From positions 86,304,001-86,368,000 of the forward strand of contig NW_026262701.1 in assembly GCF_021869535.1 (NCBI RefSeq): a DNA stretch of 64,000 bases, written 5' to 3'. This stretch comes from Mytilus californianus. Its lineage: Eukaryota. Shown one piece after another: positions 11,606 to 24,235 of the stretch. The notes beneath the pieces were generated by a model. That model saw only the letters and a program-made list of their open reading frames with translations, searched no databases and was not told the DNA's origin. The stretch's first letter is position 1, and every line of letters starts with the position of its first letter. A program made the position numbers and the translations under genes.

Positions 11606-12820
11606 CATATTGCTTGAATTTGCCTTCTAATTTTCATAGTACATACTTTTCCGTACATACAAAGTAACTACGCATGAATGACCACAAGGGTAAGATTTCA
11701 TTGTATCGTAATCAAGATATGAAAACAAAAATTGCCACTGGCTATTTTGAAATAAAATACGGTGTTCAAAATTAAATTAAATAGTTTGTAATTAGCTTTC
11801 ACATTGATTTTTAAATATCCTGCTATAAAAATCTTTGGATCTAAAAAATATTTTTGACAATTGCAAGTTTTTTTTTCACTTAGATAAAGAGCAACAAATA
11901 TGGTTCTTTATACCTTGATTAGAGTACAGCGCTATCTTAAAATTGTCATAATTTATCGTTCATGCAATTAATTTGTACACAAAAAAAAGTGTGTACTATG
12001 ATTTATTGTGAAGGGAAATTGAGGCAACTTGGTGATTTTATTAACTTTCTTGGGGAAATTGATCTATTTCTTCATGAATTGATTGATTATTGGTTACTTA
12101 ATGTCCAGTGGCAAATATTTCATGCATGTCTCGAATTGAAAAACCATGATAATGTCTGAAGAGAATGTGCCACCTATATATATATATATATACATATATA
12201 CATATTCTGATTAATCTTTTAGTTTTTACTTTGAAAAAAAACCCAAAAAAACACAAAACCTTTAATCTCTGATCTATTGGTAGTTGCTTTTTTAATGCTA
12301 TCTGCTAGACTATCAATGGGGACAAACTATCTATATCTTTCAAATAATTTCAATTTATTATAGCTTTAGTTATACTGTGAAATTGAAAAGTGTTTTCAAA
12401 ACATGTAAAGCTTCCGCTGCAATTTAATTATTGTCTGCTTTTGGTCAATTCATTTTGTCATCTTACCATGTAAAGAAGTACATGTATAGTAAAATACCGC
12501 TTTATATCAATATGTTACACCTGACCATCAATGAAAATTAATTATTTCATGTGTCCATTAACAAAATTTGCGCGTAAAATGTGAGAAAATAAGATTTAAT
12601 CAAAATTATAAATGGAACGACAACATTGAAATAGAAGCTTGCTTTTTTTTTTGACATCTCTATAGTTTTGAATTTTATGTCGATTGATTGTTTTACCCCA
12701 CATCTCCTTTTAAACATATTTGAAAGTATCTGGTTTGGAATTTTTTTCTCTAAAGGAAATGACCATTAAATTCTAAATCCACGTAATGAATAAATTTACT
12801 AAAAAAACAAAGTAGACTCT

Positions 12821-13414
12821 AAAAGAGAGACGAAAGATACCAAAGGGTTATTCAAAGTCATCAGTCGAAAACAAAGCGACAATACCATGACAAAAATGAA
12901 AAACGACGAAAAGACAAACAACAGTACAAAAACACAACATCGAAAACTAAAGAGTGAGTAACACGAACCACATCAAAAACCGGAGGTGATCTCAGGTGCT
13001 CCGGATGGGTAATCAGATCCTGCTTCACTGGTGACACCCGTCGTGTTGCTCATGTAAGTACAAACCCGGTAATAATTCTAATTCGGTAGGTCACATTCGA
13101 GGAAAAGAGGACGGAATTGTGGTTACAGCAAATTAGAACATATCCGTTGTCATCTGTGAAACGGACATTCCATAACGGTCAACCAACTCGTGACGGCGTC
13201 CGTAAAATTTACCAAGAGATGATTTCGACTTCACCACTTGGAACTCTTGGATTGATAGCTTCTTTGTGAGCAGCAACCCTCTCTCAAGGAAATCATGATA
13301 GGAAATATAAGCCCTCGAATATCGTATCAACTGGGAGATACATATTCCGTAAGCAGGCGCTGCTGGAATGTTGCTACATAGAAATGGAAAGTTCACAAAT
13401 GGTGAAATTATCAT
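12821..13414 (-). mobile_element. Copy of the same Penelope-like fragment in unit C
   Basis: Colinear with 2451-3044; ORF 13133-13414. Confidence 0.6.
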
Positions 13415-14813
13415 TTTTGTCGTTTTGTCTCAACTGACCAAAAATGTTGCTATTGATGAGTTTTTAATGCAAGGAATGGTATCTCTTTCTCGATAACGCG
13501 TGAGATTCATGGGGGTTTCGCCCCTACTAGGATGTCATCTGCCCTGGACCCACTAGGTATTATCAGACCCCTTGCCGAGGTTCGGGCGTACACGTAAAAA
13601 TGGCCTAGCTACGCCATTGGCCACATTGAAACTATGGAAAGATCGGCAAGAACAGGAGCACAGTTGGGGTTCATCTAAGAATGCCGACTGTATATTGAAA
13701 CACATGTTCACACCAAACGTGACATACCGTAAACATGTATACAATTAGTTTCATGTAACACTATTTTCCCATTAGATTTTAAAATTTTCTACATCGGTTT
13801 TAACTACCTTTCATACGAGTAAATGAAAAGTAATTTAAATGTACGTTACATAGAAATGGATTAAAAATTTCTCTTGTCAAATTTTGTAGCAGTTATAGGC
13901 ACTGACTATTCCCTTTTCCCAGTTAAGGGCTCATTGGGACCATGCAATTTTATAAATAATTTGTTTTATTCAAAATTTCTTGAGAAAAAAAATCGTTTCA
14001 GAAGTAAAGTGAAAAAAATAGACTGTTTCCATTAAAAGAATAAGGAAGAAAATGAATCAAACATTAATATTGAGTTTAGAAAAAACATTCTTGTTCCTGA
14101 ATGTTCTTGAATAAAATAGTTTTTTTTTGATAAATTCAAGAGAGAGATAGAGAGAGAGAGAGAGAACCTGATTAAAAGTAAACGTTGATATCTATAAAAG
14201 AGAACGTAGAAGAGTTTAGTTTATTACGTGTTGTGGATACCAATACCACACCGAGTTTAGCTCAATGTGAACACGGCAAAACATGCAATTAAGTATTTGA
14301 TGTTAGTTTTAAAACTTTTTTGTTTTAATCAAAGATAGTTTCTTCCGTTGCTCATACAAGATATTTGTATCTACGTTGTCCATTCTTTTTGAGAAACAAA
14401 CCTGGACTTTTTCTCTCAATCGGTATTTACGTTAAGAATAAGGAATACTTGTTTAAAGATAGGAACAATCAATTCTTTTTATACTTGGGAAGATGGAGTG
14501 TGTATGTACTCCAAAAGATATGTTGACTTTTTAGTATCAAGATTTGATTTACACTGTCCCTACTACATAAACACAGGCTAACAAGCTACCAATTTAACGA
14601 AATAAGTCAACTCGAGTTGATTTCCCGCAATGACTCATATCTTTGCTTAACTTACATTTGCAGAGTCAGATTTTATGTGCAAACTTATAAAAAGCCTCTA
14701 TACTAAATATATTTTAATATAATGTATATATATATCTGTGTATTTTCAAAATCTAACTTTTACTTTTAACATATTATTTGTACAGATTGAAAGTGGATAA
14801 AGATGAATACATT

Positions 14814-16322
14814 CTAACATCTTTCGGTCACTTTAATCTGATAAGACACTGGCTTGCAAGTTAATCCAAAAATTGGTTCAAAATCAGGTTCTGAACACAA
14901 TTCTATTTCAAATCTTTGGAAAATATTGACAACAAACAAAAATAGTTCCATTTTAGCAAGAAATTCTCCAGGACACCGCCTGCGTCCAATACCAAATGTA
15001 AGAACTTCGTCTGCTTTCTGCTGATTAATTTGGTTATGAGTGTCTAAAAACCTTTCTGGTGAAAACTTTTCGGGGTTTGTCCATAGTTTAGGGTCCCTAG
15101 CTGTGGCATATGTATTGCAAAACACAACAGTACCTTTCTTAATTTTGTGGTTTCGGAACACAGTGTCGGTTGTCGTTGAATGTGGAATCGCCATTGGTAC
15201 CACATTAGCCACTCGGATTACCTCTAATATCGTAGCTTCGGTAAACGGAAGTTTTCCTTTGTCTGTTAGCTTCGGCTTTCTATCACCAATCACGGAGTAT
15301 ATTTCCTCTTGTACCCGTTTTTGTACATCATTGTGGTATGACAGATATAATATGATCCATTCTAGAGTTGTCGAAACGGTTTCAAATCCAGCACCCATAA
15401 AATCTGACAAAGATGACAAAATCTCCTCTTTTGTAATTCCATTGTATAGTTCCGGCGAATTTCCGTATTGTTCCGCGGCGGAAATCAATCCATCCGTGAT
15501 ATCCCTGTGATTATTATTGTCATATGATTTCACATGTTCATTAACTTCAGCAGAAACCACCGTTCTGTTTAATGTGATCACTTTCTGAAATCGTATAGCT
15601 TTCCATGGCATTACAAATCGCAACCATGGCATAACATCAAGTGGGTTTCCCGATCCGGCCGTTTCGACAAATATTTTTGTATTTTCGATGAACTGCAAAA
15701 AGTTTTTATCCTCACGGCAGTTTCTTGCAGACCCAAAACAAAGCTGATATATTATACAGCCTATTCCTATAAATATGTCATCATGTGGACTGAAGTGGTT
15801 TTCTTTTCTTTGAAGAAAGCTCTTTATGACCGTTTCTATCTCTTTATTAATTACGTCCTCTGTTGGGTTATTTTTGGCCGAAACAAATTGTCTGAGAACG
15901 TGATTTGCAATTTTTCGGTGCATTTTCCAACGAGGGGTGTAAGATCCAAATGCTATACTCTTCATGTTATATAAACTTATCCCCGTATAAAATTCAGGGC
16001 GATCTGAGAACACTTCTCCTTTGTCCATCAATGCTTCACGTATTGCTTCTCTGCTGTTTAAAACAATTGTTGGCCAACTTCCCATGCGAATTTTAAACAC
16101 GTCACCGTAAGTCCTAGATATTTTCATTAATGTTCTCGCCGGATTACTTCCAAGTAGCGGCAAATGTCCAAGAATAGGAAATCCCCACGGACCTGGTGGT
16201 GAAAGATACAAATCATTCCAAAGTTTCTGAAAAAATTTAACTAGCACAAGAGTTACTGCAAATATCAAAATAAAAAATCTAATTCCAGTTCCTTCATAAT
16301 TTGAAACTTCCAACTCGTCCAT
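14814..16322 (-). CDS. CYP1-like: Cytochrome P450, CYP1-like, intronless, copy 3 (diverged)
   Basis: Same motifs. Versus copy 2: I21F, Y117L, A250T, V258A, R335K, S444G (heme motif FGIGRRRCPG). Confidence 0.93.
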   Translation of the reverse strand: MDELEVSNYEGTGIRFFILIFAVTLVLVKFFQKLWNDLYLSPPGPWGFPILGHLPLLGSNPARTLMKISRTYGDVFKIRMGSWPTIVLNSREAIREALMDKGEVFSDRPEFYTGISLYNMKSIAFGSYTPRWKMHRKIANHVLRQFVSAKNNPTEDVINKEIETVIKSFLQRKENHFSPHDDIFIGIGCIIYQLCFGSARNCREDKNFLQFIENTKIFVETAGSGNPLDVMPWLRFVMPWKAIRFQKVITLNRTVVSAEVNEHVKSYDNNNHRDITDGLISAAEQYGNSPELYNGITKEEILSSLSDFMGAGFETVSTTLEWIILYLSYHNDVQKRVQEEIYSVIGDRKPKLTDKGKLPFTEATILEVIRVANVVPMAIPHSTTTDTVFRNHKIKKGTVVFCNTYATARDPKLWTNPEKFSPERFLDTHNQINQQKADEVLTFGIGRRRCPGEFLAKMELFLFVVNIFQRFEIELCSEPDFEPIFGLTCKPVSYQIKVTERC

Positions 16323-16476
16323 TTTGATTTAATGGTGTTTTCGTTGTTATCATTTCAATACACTTTATTCTCTTTAGAAACTTTCAATACACGAAATATA
16401 ATTTTATAATAGATGTTTTGTAAGTAATTTAACACGTGTATGGACACGTTTCTGGTCATCGTTTTATTTACCTGGA

Positions 16477-16485
16477 CTTTATATA
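16477..16485 (-). promoter_or_regulatory. Putative TATA box of CYP copy 3 (TATATAAAG); no CCAAT at the equivalent position
   Basis: Homologous to the copy 1/2 TATA (one A shorter); upstream sequence is unrelated. Confidence 0.5.
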
Positions 16486-17419
16486 ACCTTGGTATATAGA
16501 TATATGTACTCTCATATAAGCCATGTGACTGAAGAATAAATACATGTTAAATTTGTATTATACGAACTACTATTACATAATTAAATTTACATATATAAAC
16601 AGAAATTTTATATATAATTCTAGAGTGCGCACTCTCTTAAAGGGTCAATGTTCAAAAGTGTTTACTTTAATCATTTTTTTTATATTATTTAATCTCTTGT
16701 CTTTATTTAACTTTCAATCTACTAATAAGAAGAAAATTTTGTTTTTAAAGGGGGATAATCGGTATAAGAAACAGGAAGGCACAGCAACACTATAGGTTAC
16801 AGATACAACGAAATGAACAATTCTAATTATTTTACTCAAATCTATTGGTGTTTTTTTTTTCATGATAAGGAGAAGGTAATATCTTGGTTATCATATTGTT
16901 AAACAAGTACTATCTTTAAAAGAAGATATCTGACGCATTCAGATATGAGCATAGAGTTTAATCTTTATCAGGTTTTTTTTCATCATAGTTAAAAACAAAT
17001 TGCACACAATTTGACGACAAAAGGCTGACGATTCTAAAAGTTGAGGATATGCGCTTTTCTCTAAAGAATTAAAACATATACTCACTGCGTGGTAATTAAC
17101 TAAATGTATATAGATATTTTTCAGAGATAAGCTGTGAAATAGACATAATCATAAGATACTAGTAGATTACAATCTGTAATAAATAACAAACTTGAAACAG
17201 TTTAGATCCATGAAGAAATGTAAATTATAACTATATGTCAAGAACAACTTTAACAATTAGAGAATCACATACTAGTACAACCTTTTTCGGTGTGTATATC
17301 GGGGACGGACGGACGCCAAAGGAAGATGATCTATATAATACAGCTTTTGACAAGTAATTAAATTTGCGATATTTTGACAATCTTTATTTCAATTATAATA
17401 TTTTGTACTCTTTCAGATT

Positions 17420-18709
17420 ATTATTACGCCTTGCAAGTTTCAGTCGATAAGATATGTTTATAGCACTCAAGCTATTAATAGCATAATCATGGCTTGACCT
17501 GGAAACAATTATTCCAAAAAGGTCAAAAGGCCAGTTTTAAACTTTATAAAGATTTGAAATCATCAAATACCCCTATTAAAACTCTTTTGCATTTATTTGA
17601 ACATTGTATACAGCCAATTGTAACGTATGGTTGTAAAAATTGGGGTGTTATTAACATTACTCCTAAAAGGAAAAAAATATCCCTTTATGACATATTTAAA
17701 GATTGGGAGTTTGAGAAGATAAATTTAGAATTTTGCAAATATATTATTGGTGTTACAAAGATGTGCACAAATGTAGCAGTCCTGTCTGAACTGGGTACAT
17801 ATCCTCTTTATATAAATTTGCTAACACATATGTTTATGCATTGGCATAGACTAGAGAATTCCCCATCTGATTTATTGAAAAGTGCTTATGCTGAGTTAAA
17901 AAATGATTGAGAGTAAAGCTCAAACTAGCTCCAATAACTCATGGCTCGGTAATATCATTTTTTACAGCGAAAAATTGTGTATTGACCTAAATATATGTAA
18001 AAATTTAGGCAAAAATAAATTAATTAATTAACTGAAAAAACAGCTCAAATTAAATTTTCAAAATGATTTGGAGAAAATGAGAGATTTTTATTTACAGAAT
18101 CAAGGCAAATTGGACACTTATTTTTCATTCAAGAGGTCATTTGACTATGAAAATTATTTAGATTTAAAGCACCCCCAAAAACATTTGCCACAGTAACAAA
18201 TTGTATTACTGTTTAAGAATAGAAACTGACAGACATGAACGATTTATCAATGTATGTGGTAAATATGAAATATTACCTCGACATGAGAGGATATGTTTAT
18301 ATTGTAATTCAAATTCTATTGAAAATGAAATGCTCTTTCTTCTGGAATGCCCTCTTTACAATAACCTCAGAAGAGATATGACTGATTATATCAAAAAATA
18401 CCCCAGTTTAGTTAATTTAAACATAAATGATCTTTTTACATGGATCATGAGTAATGAAGATAGCAGTTTTTTATCTATTTTATGTGCATACCTTGATAAA
18501 GGCCTTCAACTTAGAAAATCAAAAAATTAGTTAAATACTCTAATAGATAGCAAAATTATCTCCCCTTGACCACTGACCCTTTCCTCATGCATTTGAACTA
18601 TTATTTTATGTTTCTTTAATCACTCTGTAATGTTTATGTCATGTTGTTATTAATGTTATGCTCTTAATGGGCCCTTTAATTTGGAAAATAAAAATATTGT
18701 ATTGTATTG
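17420..18709 (+). mobile_element. 5'-truncated, degraded non-LTR retrotransposon (RTE-X-like), 3' part
   Basis: Post-RT motifs IQPIVTYGCKNWG and FCKYIIGV...VLSELGTYPL (17494-17910). C-terminal IETDRH...RICLYC...IENEMLFLLECP zinc-finger-like region (18201-18530). Ends in AATAAA plus an (ATTGT)n tail at 18687-18709. Confidence 0.75.
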
Positions 18710-18754
18710 GTACATCTAATGAACCCGTCAGTGATAATTACCAACTCATGTATT

Positions 18755-21700
18755 ATAGTAGGGTGCCCAGTCAACAAATTTGATCGATTTGGGTTAACGG
18801 AATAACACACGGCTATATTTTATATCATTGGAAAGAGGAGAACAAGCCTCGTCGAAATATTGATGTCGTCGTTGTCTATAGTGGTCACGATTTTCTTAAA
18901 TTTGGGTTAAAGGTCAAATCTAAAATTTCAAGGAATACGAAGAGTCACGTTTAGACAGCTGGCCACCCATAGATATTTGCGTTTATAGCAAAATAAATTC
19001 GAATAATTCAAAGGATTATAACCATAGTTTCTATATTAAGGACTAAATGGATAATTTTATTGCCAAATATGGTTCGAGATTGACATCTGTACTTTAAGTT
19101 ATATGGTGCACATTTACAATTTTCATTCAGCTGTTAAATAACAGTGACCTTGACCTTTTAAAAGTTCCAAAATCGGAATTTTTATATAAGATTCGATACA
19201 AGTGATCTTTAGAGATGTTTTTTAGATATTAACATTTATAAGTTGCCCTCCTAAAATGTTATTTTGTCTGTCTTTTGATAGAATACGTCATCATGATTTT
19301 CTGGTAAATATCCAATTTTCTTTTGGTGAACGTGGAAGCACATCAAATAGTACTTAGTTCCAAAACTGATGAATATTAACACAGAATTTATTGCATGAAT
19401 TAGCAGGTCTGAGTATATATTTGCTTTACAGAAATAAAAAAAAAAAATGCAAACGGTGAAAAAGGGGGAGGGTTTATGTTACAAGTTATGAAAACAAAAT
19501 GAGAATTAGAAACAGCAGGCTAATCACGCCATCTTACACACTTATATCAAGTGTAATTTACATGACCTATCGAACATAAATTGGCCTACAATTGACATGA
19601 CGTTAAAGATTATCTACAAAATGAAAGTTTTGAACAGCATCGATGTATTTCACAAACACTTGTAAACAACATCAATCTGATTAAAATAAAGATCTCTAAT
19701 TTCGTTTTCTTCATTTGAGCTTATATATAAGAGCACGTGAATTTTAATAAGAGCGAAACAACATAGAAAAATTGCCGAAGCTAGTAGTAGCTATTACGTC
19801 TCATTGTCTACTGTTAAGTTGAAAGCCCACCGACTAGGTTTAGGTAAGTAAGCTAAATTCAGTTGTTTTTTTTTAAATCGCATTCGACGTAAGTAGCAGA
19901 ATGCAATGCGAGGCATACATAATACAATCTGATGGTAGTGGCGGCAACACCGTAAGCTGTTTGTGTAGCTTTATATTGCAGAGGGCAGAGGAACTGGATG
20001 ATTCATACTGTGTGTATAGATTCATTGTGTTGCGATGTTTCCGTCATATAATCATTATCCTTGACCTCATATTCATGGTTAAGTGACTGCTAAAAAACTG
20101 TATAGCTTTTTTCGTCATGTGAATATCTCAATTATCATGAGTTCTAGGATAACTATATTTGGTTACTAATATATGGTATCCTTGCAAGGCCTACATGACC
20201 GTCAGACATAATTCATCTGACCTCTACCTAATTTCAAGGATCAGTGAATAAGGTTAAGTTTCAGTGGTCAAGTCCGTATAGTCTCAGATAGTAGTGGGTT
20301 AAATATATTTGGTGTATGGAATGTTAACAAAGTGTACAAGATTTTGTTGCAGAGTTCATCTGACCTTACCTCATTTACATGTAATACTCATGTTGAAGCA
20401 AGCAATTATAGGCAACCGTACGGTCCTCGACAATGTGAAAAACGCATACCGTATGATCGGCTATAAAAGGTCAGTTATGAAAAAAATGAAAGAATTCATT
20501 TGAAAAAAAACTAACAGCCTGGTTATAACAAAAGCTAGTTTTTACGGTAATGATGTTTATGATCATACTTTTCTCATACAATTGATGATGTCCTTTCATA
20601 AGTTTTCAGTAAGGGAACACCCATTTGATTTCGACTCGAAAACAGGGAGGGAATGAGGATTTTGAAAATGAATTACTTGGCCTGGTATGAACTGAAATAA
20701 TTGACTTTGCACAAGACAGGATGAGAATGAACACTCTTCAACATGAAATGCAGAATAGTTGAGGATATGAATGTTTACAAAAGTAAAAATAAATTTTCGC
20801 GCCACCAGCCCCATCCCTTTCTTCAGAATATAAAATGTTCTACCCTAGCGGCGAGTACTATTATATCGGTACTTTGTGTTTTTTGTCTCCATGTTAGTTT
20901 GTTTTTGTGCTTCATGCCGATTTGATAAGTCAAGCCATTTCAAACTGTTTTTCAACAGATTTTTCTTATGCTGTGTTGTTATACCATTGTCCAAGTCAGG
21001 GGAGGGATGAAGGATCACAAACATGTTTAACCCCTCCAAATTCTGTATATGTCTGTCCAAAATCAGGAGCCTGCAATTAAGAGTGGTTGTCGTTGGTTGC
21101 TGTCTGTTGTATGTTTTTTTGTTTTTTGTTGCACGAACGGTGGTATATTTTTGTTGTCGTTCCCATCGAAAGGGATTTAGGTCGAAAACATCATACAAGA
21201 CTTTTGATGTGCCATATTCCGGGTGTGAAACAAAACCAACCGATTTGATTCTTATACTACAATTTTAACAAAATATTTATTCAATAAAAAGTTTAAAGTT
21301 TTGAAAAACAGACACAAAACAGATTTCTCCGAACCAAGTGATAATCTACAAAGTTAGCTGGCTATTCAAAACAAATAAATCAACCACCCAACAAGCAAAA
21401 AAGACAAATATTTTGAGTGACCTCTGTCCTTGTTGTTGACCTAGTAGTGTAAGCAACAAAATAATTAATGGCACGAGATAATCCGTGTTTAATCAATACA
21501 AAAATGTTGACTTAATTTGTGTTTTTAATTGCTAATTTCTTCAAAACGATTTTTATTTCACGCATGCAATTTGGCACACATATGCACTGTGTCTTATTGA
21601 TTAAATCAGAGTAAAAAATATTGTGATGATACACGTAATAATTTTGCTTTCAATGAAAATAGGGTAAATTTCGGGTAAAATTTTACTCTTACTAAAATGA

Positions 21701-22029
21701 AATACTATATCAAAATCACTTAAATACTTTCTGATTTCGTTATATGATATATTTAATATACAAACTATATTATAGGTACTGTTTTAGCTACCAACAAAGA
21801 ACGCAATAATTTTATTTTTCATGTTAAAGATTCCCCGTACAATACGGTATCTGGTGGTACCCTGTAAAACACGAAATTTAGAAAATCGTGACCACCGGAA
21901 CTTACGACGACAATCATGATTGTAAAATATAATAAATTTCCTATAATGTGCAAAAAAATCATCCGTGTGTTATCCGTTAACTTAAACTCGTTAACTAAAG
22001 GACTTTTTGGACATTGGGCACCCTACTAT
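18755..22029. mobile_element. ~3.3-kb non-autonomous DNA transposon with long imperfect TIRs
   Basis: Perfect 15-bp inverted ends ATAGTAGGGTGCCCA / TGGGCACCCTACTAT. Further inverted blocks: GTTAACGG(A)ATAACACACGG, and GTGGTCACGATTTTCT(T)AAATTT (18881-18903 vs 21874-21895). No transposase ORF inside. Confidence 0.75.
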
Positions 22030-22501
22030 TAAAGACTAATTCTACAATATCCAAAGAATTTGACAGTGGGTGATAACGACACCTTCTTTATCCGAATCTA
22101 TTTTTATTTATCTGGATAATTTCATTTATGAGTTTGATTTTATGTCTGTAATGTTCTCTTTTAATTGTAGCATATATCTTTTTTTGTTGGTTTTTGTTCA
22201 ATTCTGTTATTTCGTCCAATCAGAATACAGATTTGTGACATCATGCATGCCGTTGTCATAGTGAAGCGTCCTTTTTAAATGGGTCACAAACCGAAATTAA
22301 AACTGACTGCGTCAGAAAAAAAATCAGTGCATTCGTTTTCAACAAAGTAAACATAATTTACCAGTGACCAGTCATTTGAAGGTCAGTGTGAGTCTATAAC
22401 CTTTATTATGACCTTCAATCATGGTTTGACGATTATTTTGAAAGAATCGAGGTAGCATGTCATCTATTTTATCTGTTGTCTTCCATTTTACAAAAAGGAT
22501 C

Positions 22502-23835
22502 AAATAATAATAATAGTAATAATAAAATTCTTTATTTAACGAAGGTAACACATTTAACAATTACATGTTAATCTTCCATGAGGCCTTCAAAAACTATTAA
22601 TACAAATAGAAAAGAAAAAAGAAAAAAAAATACAAACAAAATAAAATACATAATACTGTTATACATAGCAGCTTAAATATTGAATAAGTACATGTGCATT
22701 CAATAGAAGAAGAAAAAATACATTAGAATCAAGCATCTTCATTCTGTACAGTTAGAAAATAGTTTGAACATTTGATCTTAAATGTATCTAAATTATTTAT
22801 TTCTTTAATATTATTTGGTAAATTATTCCAGGTAATAAGACCAGAATATTTAAATGTTCTTTTTAAAAATTCAGAATTAGGTCTTGGTACATGAAGAAGT
22901 CTTGATGTTGTCGACCTGAGACAATAATTATAAAAAGATCAATACAAGCAGTAAATTTAATAGATAGATAATCAGGTGCTAGACCATTCATACATTTAAA
23001 CATTAACACAGCTTGAAAATATTGTATTCTTGTAAATATAGTCATCCATGCAAGCTTTTTAAACATTAATGTTGATGGAAAATCAAAAGAAACAGATAAA
23101 ACAAATCTTGCAGCACGTTTTTGGAGCTTATGTATCCTCTCCAGATTACAGTTTGTGGTAAGACCCCATACTGTACAGCAGTAGTCAATAATGGGTAATA
23201 TATAGCTATTGTTAAAAAGAATAAGACCCTTTGACGGTAAATAACGTTTCAACCTTTTTAACAGGTATATTCTGGTTGTAATAGTTTCGCATATTTTAGC
23301 AATTTGATTTGACCATGATAGATTTTTATCAATATGAATTCCAAGAAGTTTTTCAACTTCAACATTATCTAAAGTGATATTATCTTGTGATAAAACACAT
23401 AAACATCCATTGCAGCTTTCCAGTTTTCTGTCTGATCCAACAAGCATACATTTTGGTTTCTTGCTATTTATCATCATATCATTTTCTTTACACCATTGTC
23501 TAAGTCTTTATTCAAACATATATTTAAATTTACAATAGATTTAGATGACAAATGTAAAGTTGTATCATCAGCATATAGATCAGATTCTGTATATTCTAAG
23601 GTTAATGGTAAGTCATTGATATAAATAAGGAACAATAAAGGTCCAAGTATAGAACCTTGGGGAACTCCAAAAGTTACAGTTTTATATTCTGATTCGGTGG
23701 TTCCTAACTTAACTTTTTGCATTCTCTGAGAGAGGTATGATGAAAACCATTTTACAGAGTGTTCATCACAATTGTATAATTTTAGTTTAGATAAAAGTAT
23801 ATTGTGATTTACTGTATCAAATGCCTTCTTAAGAT
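22502..23835 (-). mobile_element. 5'-truncated CR1/L2-group LINE (RT fragment, frameshifted)
   Basis: RT motifs LKKAFDTVNH, GVPQGSILGPLLFLIYINDL and YADDT (23474-23835). Next frame has KLLGIHID...WSNQI and PIIDYCCTVW (22863-23477). The 3' end has AATAAA plus a (TTA)n tail near 22502-22540. Confidence 0.88.
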
Positions 23836-24235
23836 AGAGAATGGGAACGGCGAATGTGTAAAAGAGACAACAATCTGAATGAATGTTATGTATTAGATAC
23901 ATCTTGAGGGCGTTAGCGCGAATGGGTGTATCTAATTTAAACCAATATACTATTGTCAATGTAGAATGATAGTTTTCTATAATTTAGGAGGGGGTCTTTC
24001 AGCTATTTGACCATATGTTATTGATAAGCATGATAAATGCAAGGTATCCATTTTCATTTAACGACATCTTGGTGTAAATAAAGATTATATCTTCTAGAGA
24101 AAAAAAACATATCTCTACGTGTGACATACCATTGAGATATATTTTTCAAGAATAGATCTACATTATACCTATTCAGCTTACAAGCTGTAACTTTGAACAA
24201 TAAAGATAATGAACTTATTTGGCTTTCCTTCAGGA

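Larger units (their letters stand above)
7592..12510. repeat. Segmental tandem repeat unit B (CYP-bearing, mosaic)
   Basis: Begins TATGTTACACCTGACCATC; period to unit C is ~4919 bp. Confidence 0.95.
12511..16499. repeat. Segmental tandem repeat unit C (lacks the ~950-bp upstream spacer)
   Basis: Homology to A and B ends at ~16499, about 15 bp upstream (minus strand) of the TATA box. Confidence 0.9.

Noticed and set aside
17494-23959. LINE ORFs as active retrotransposons or domesticated genes
   Set aside because: They are 5'-truncated, frameshifted, and lack the endonuclease domain.
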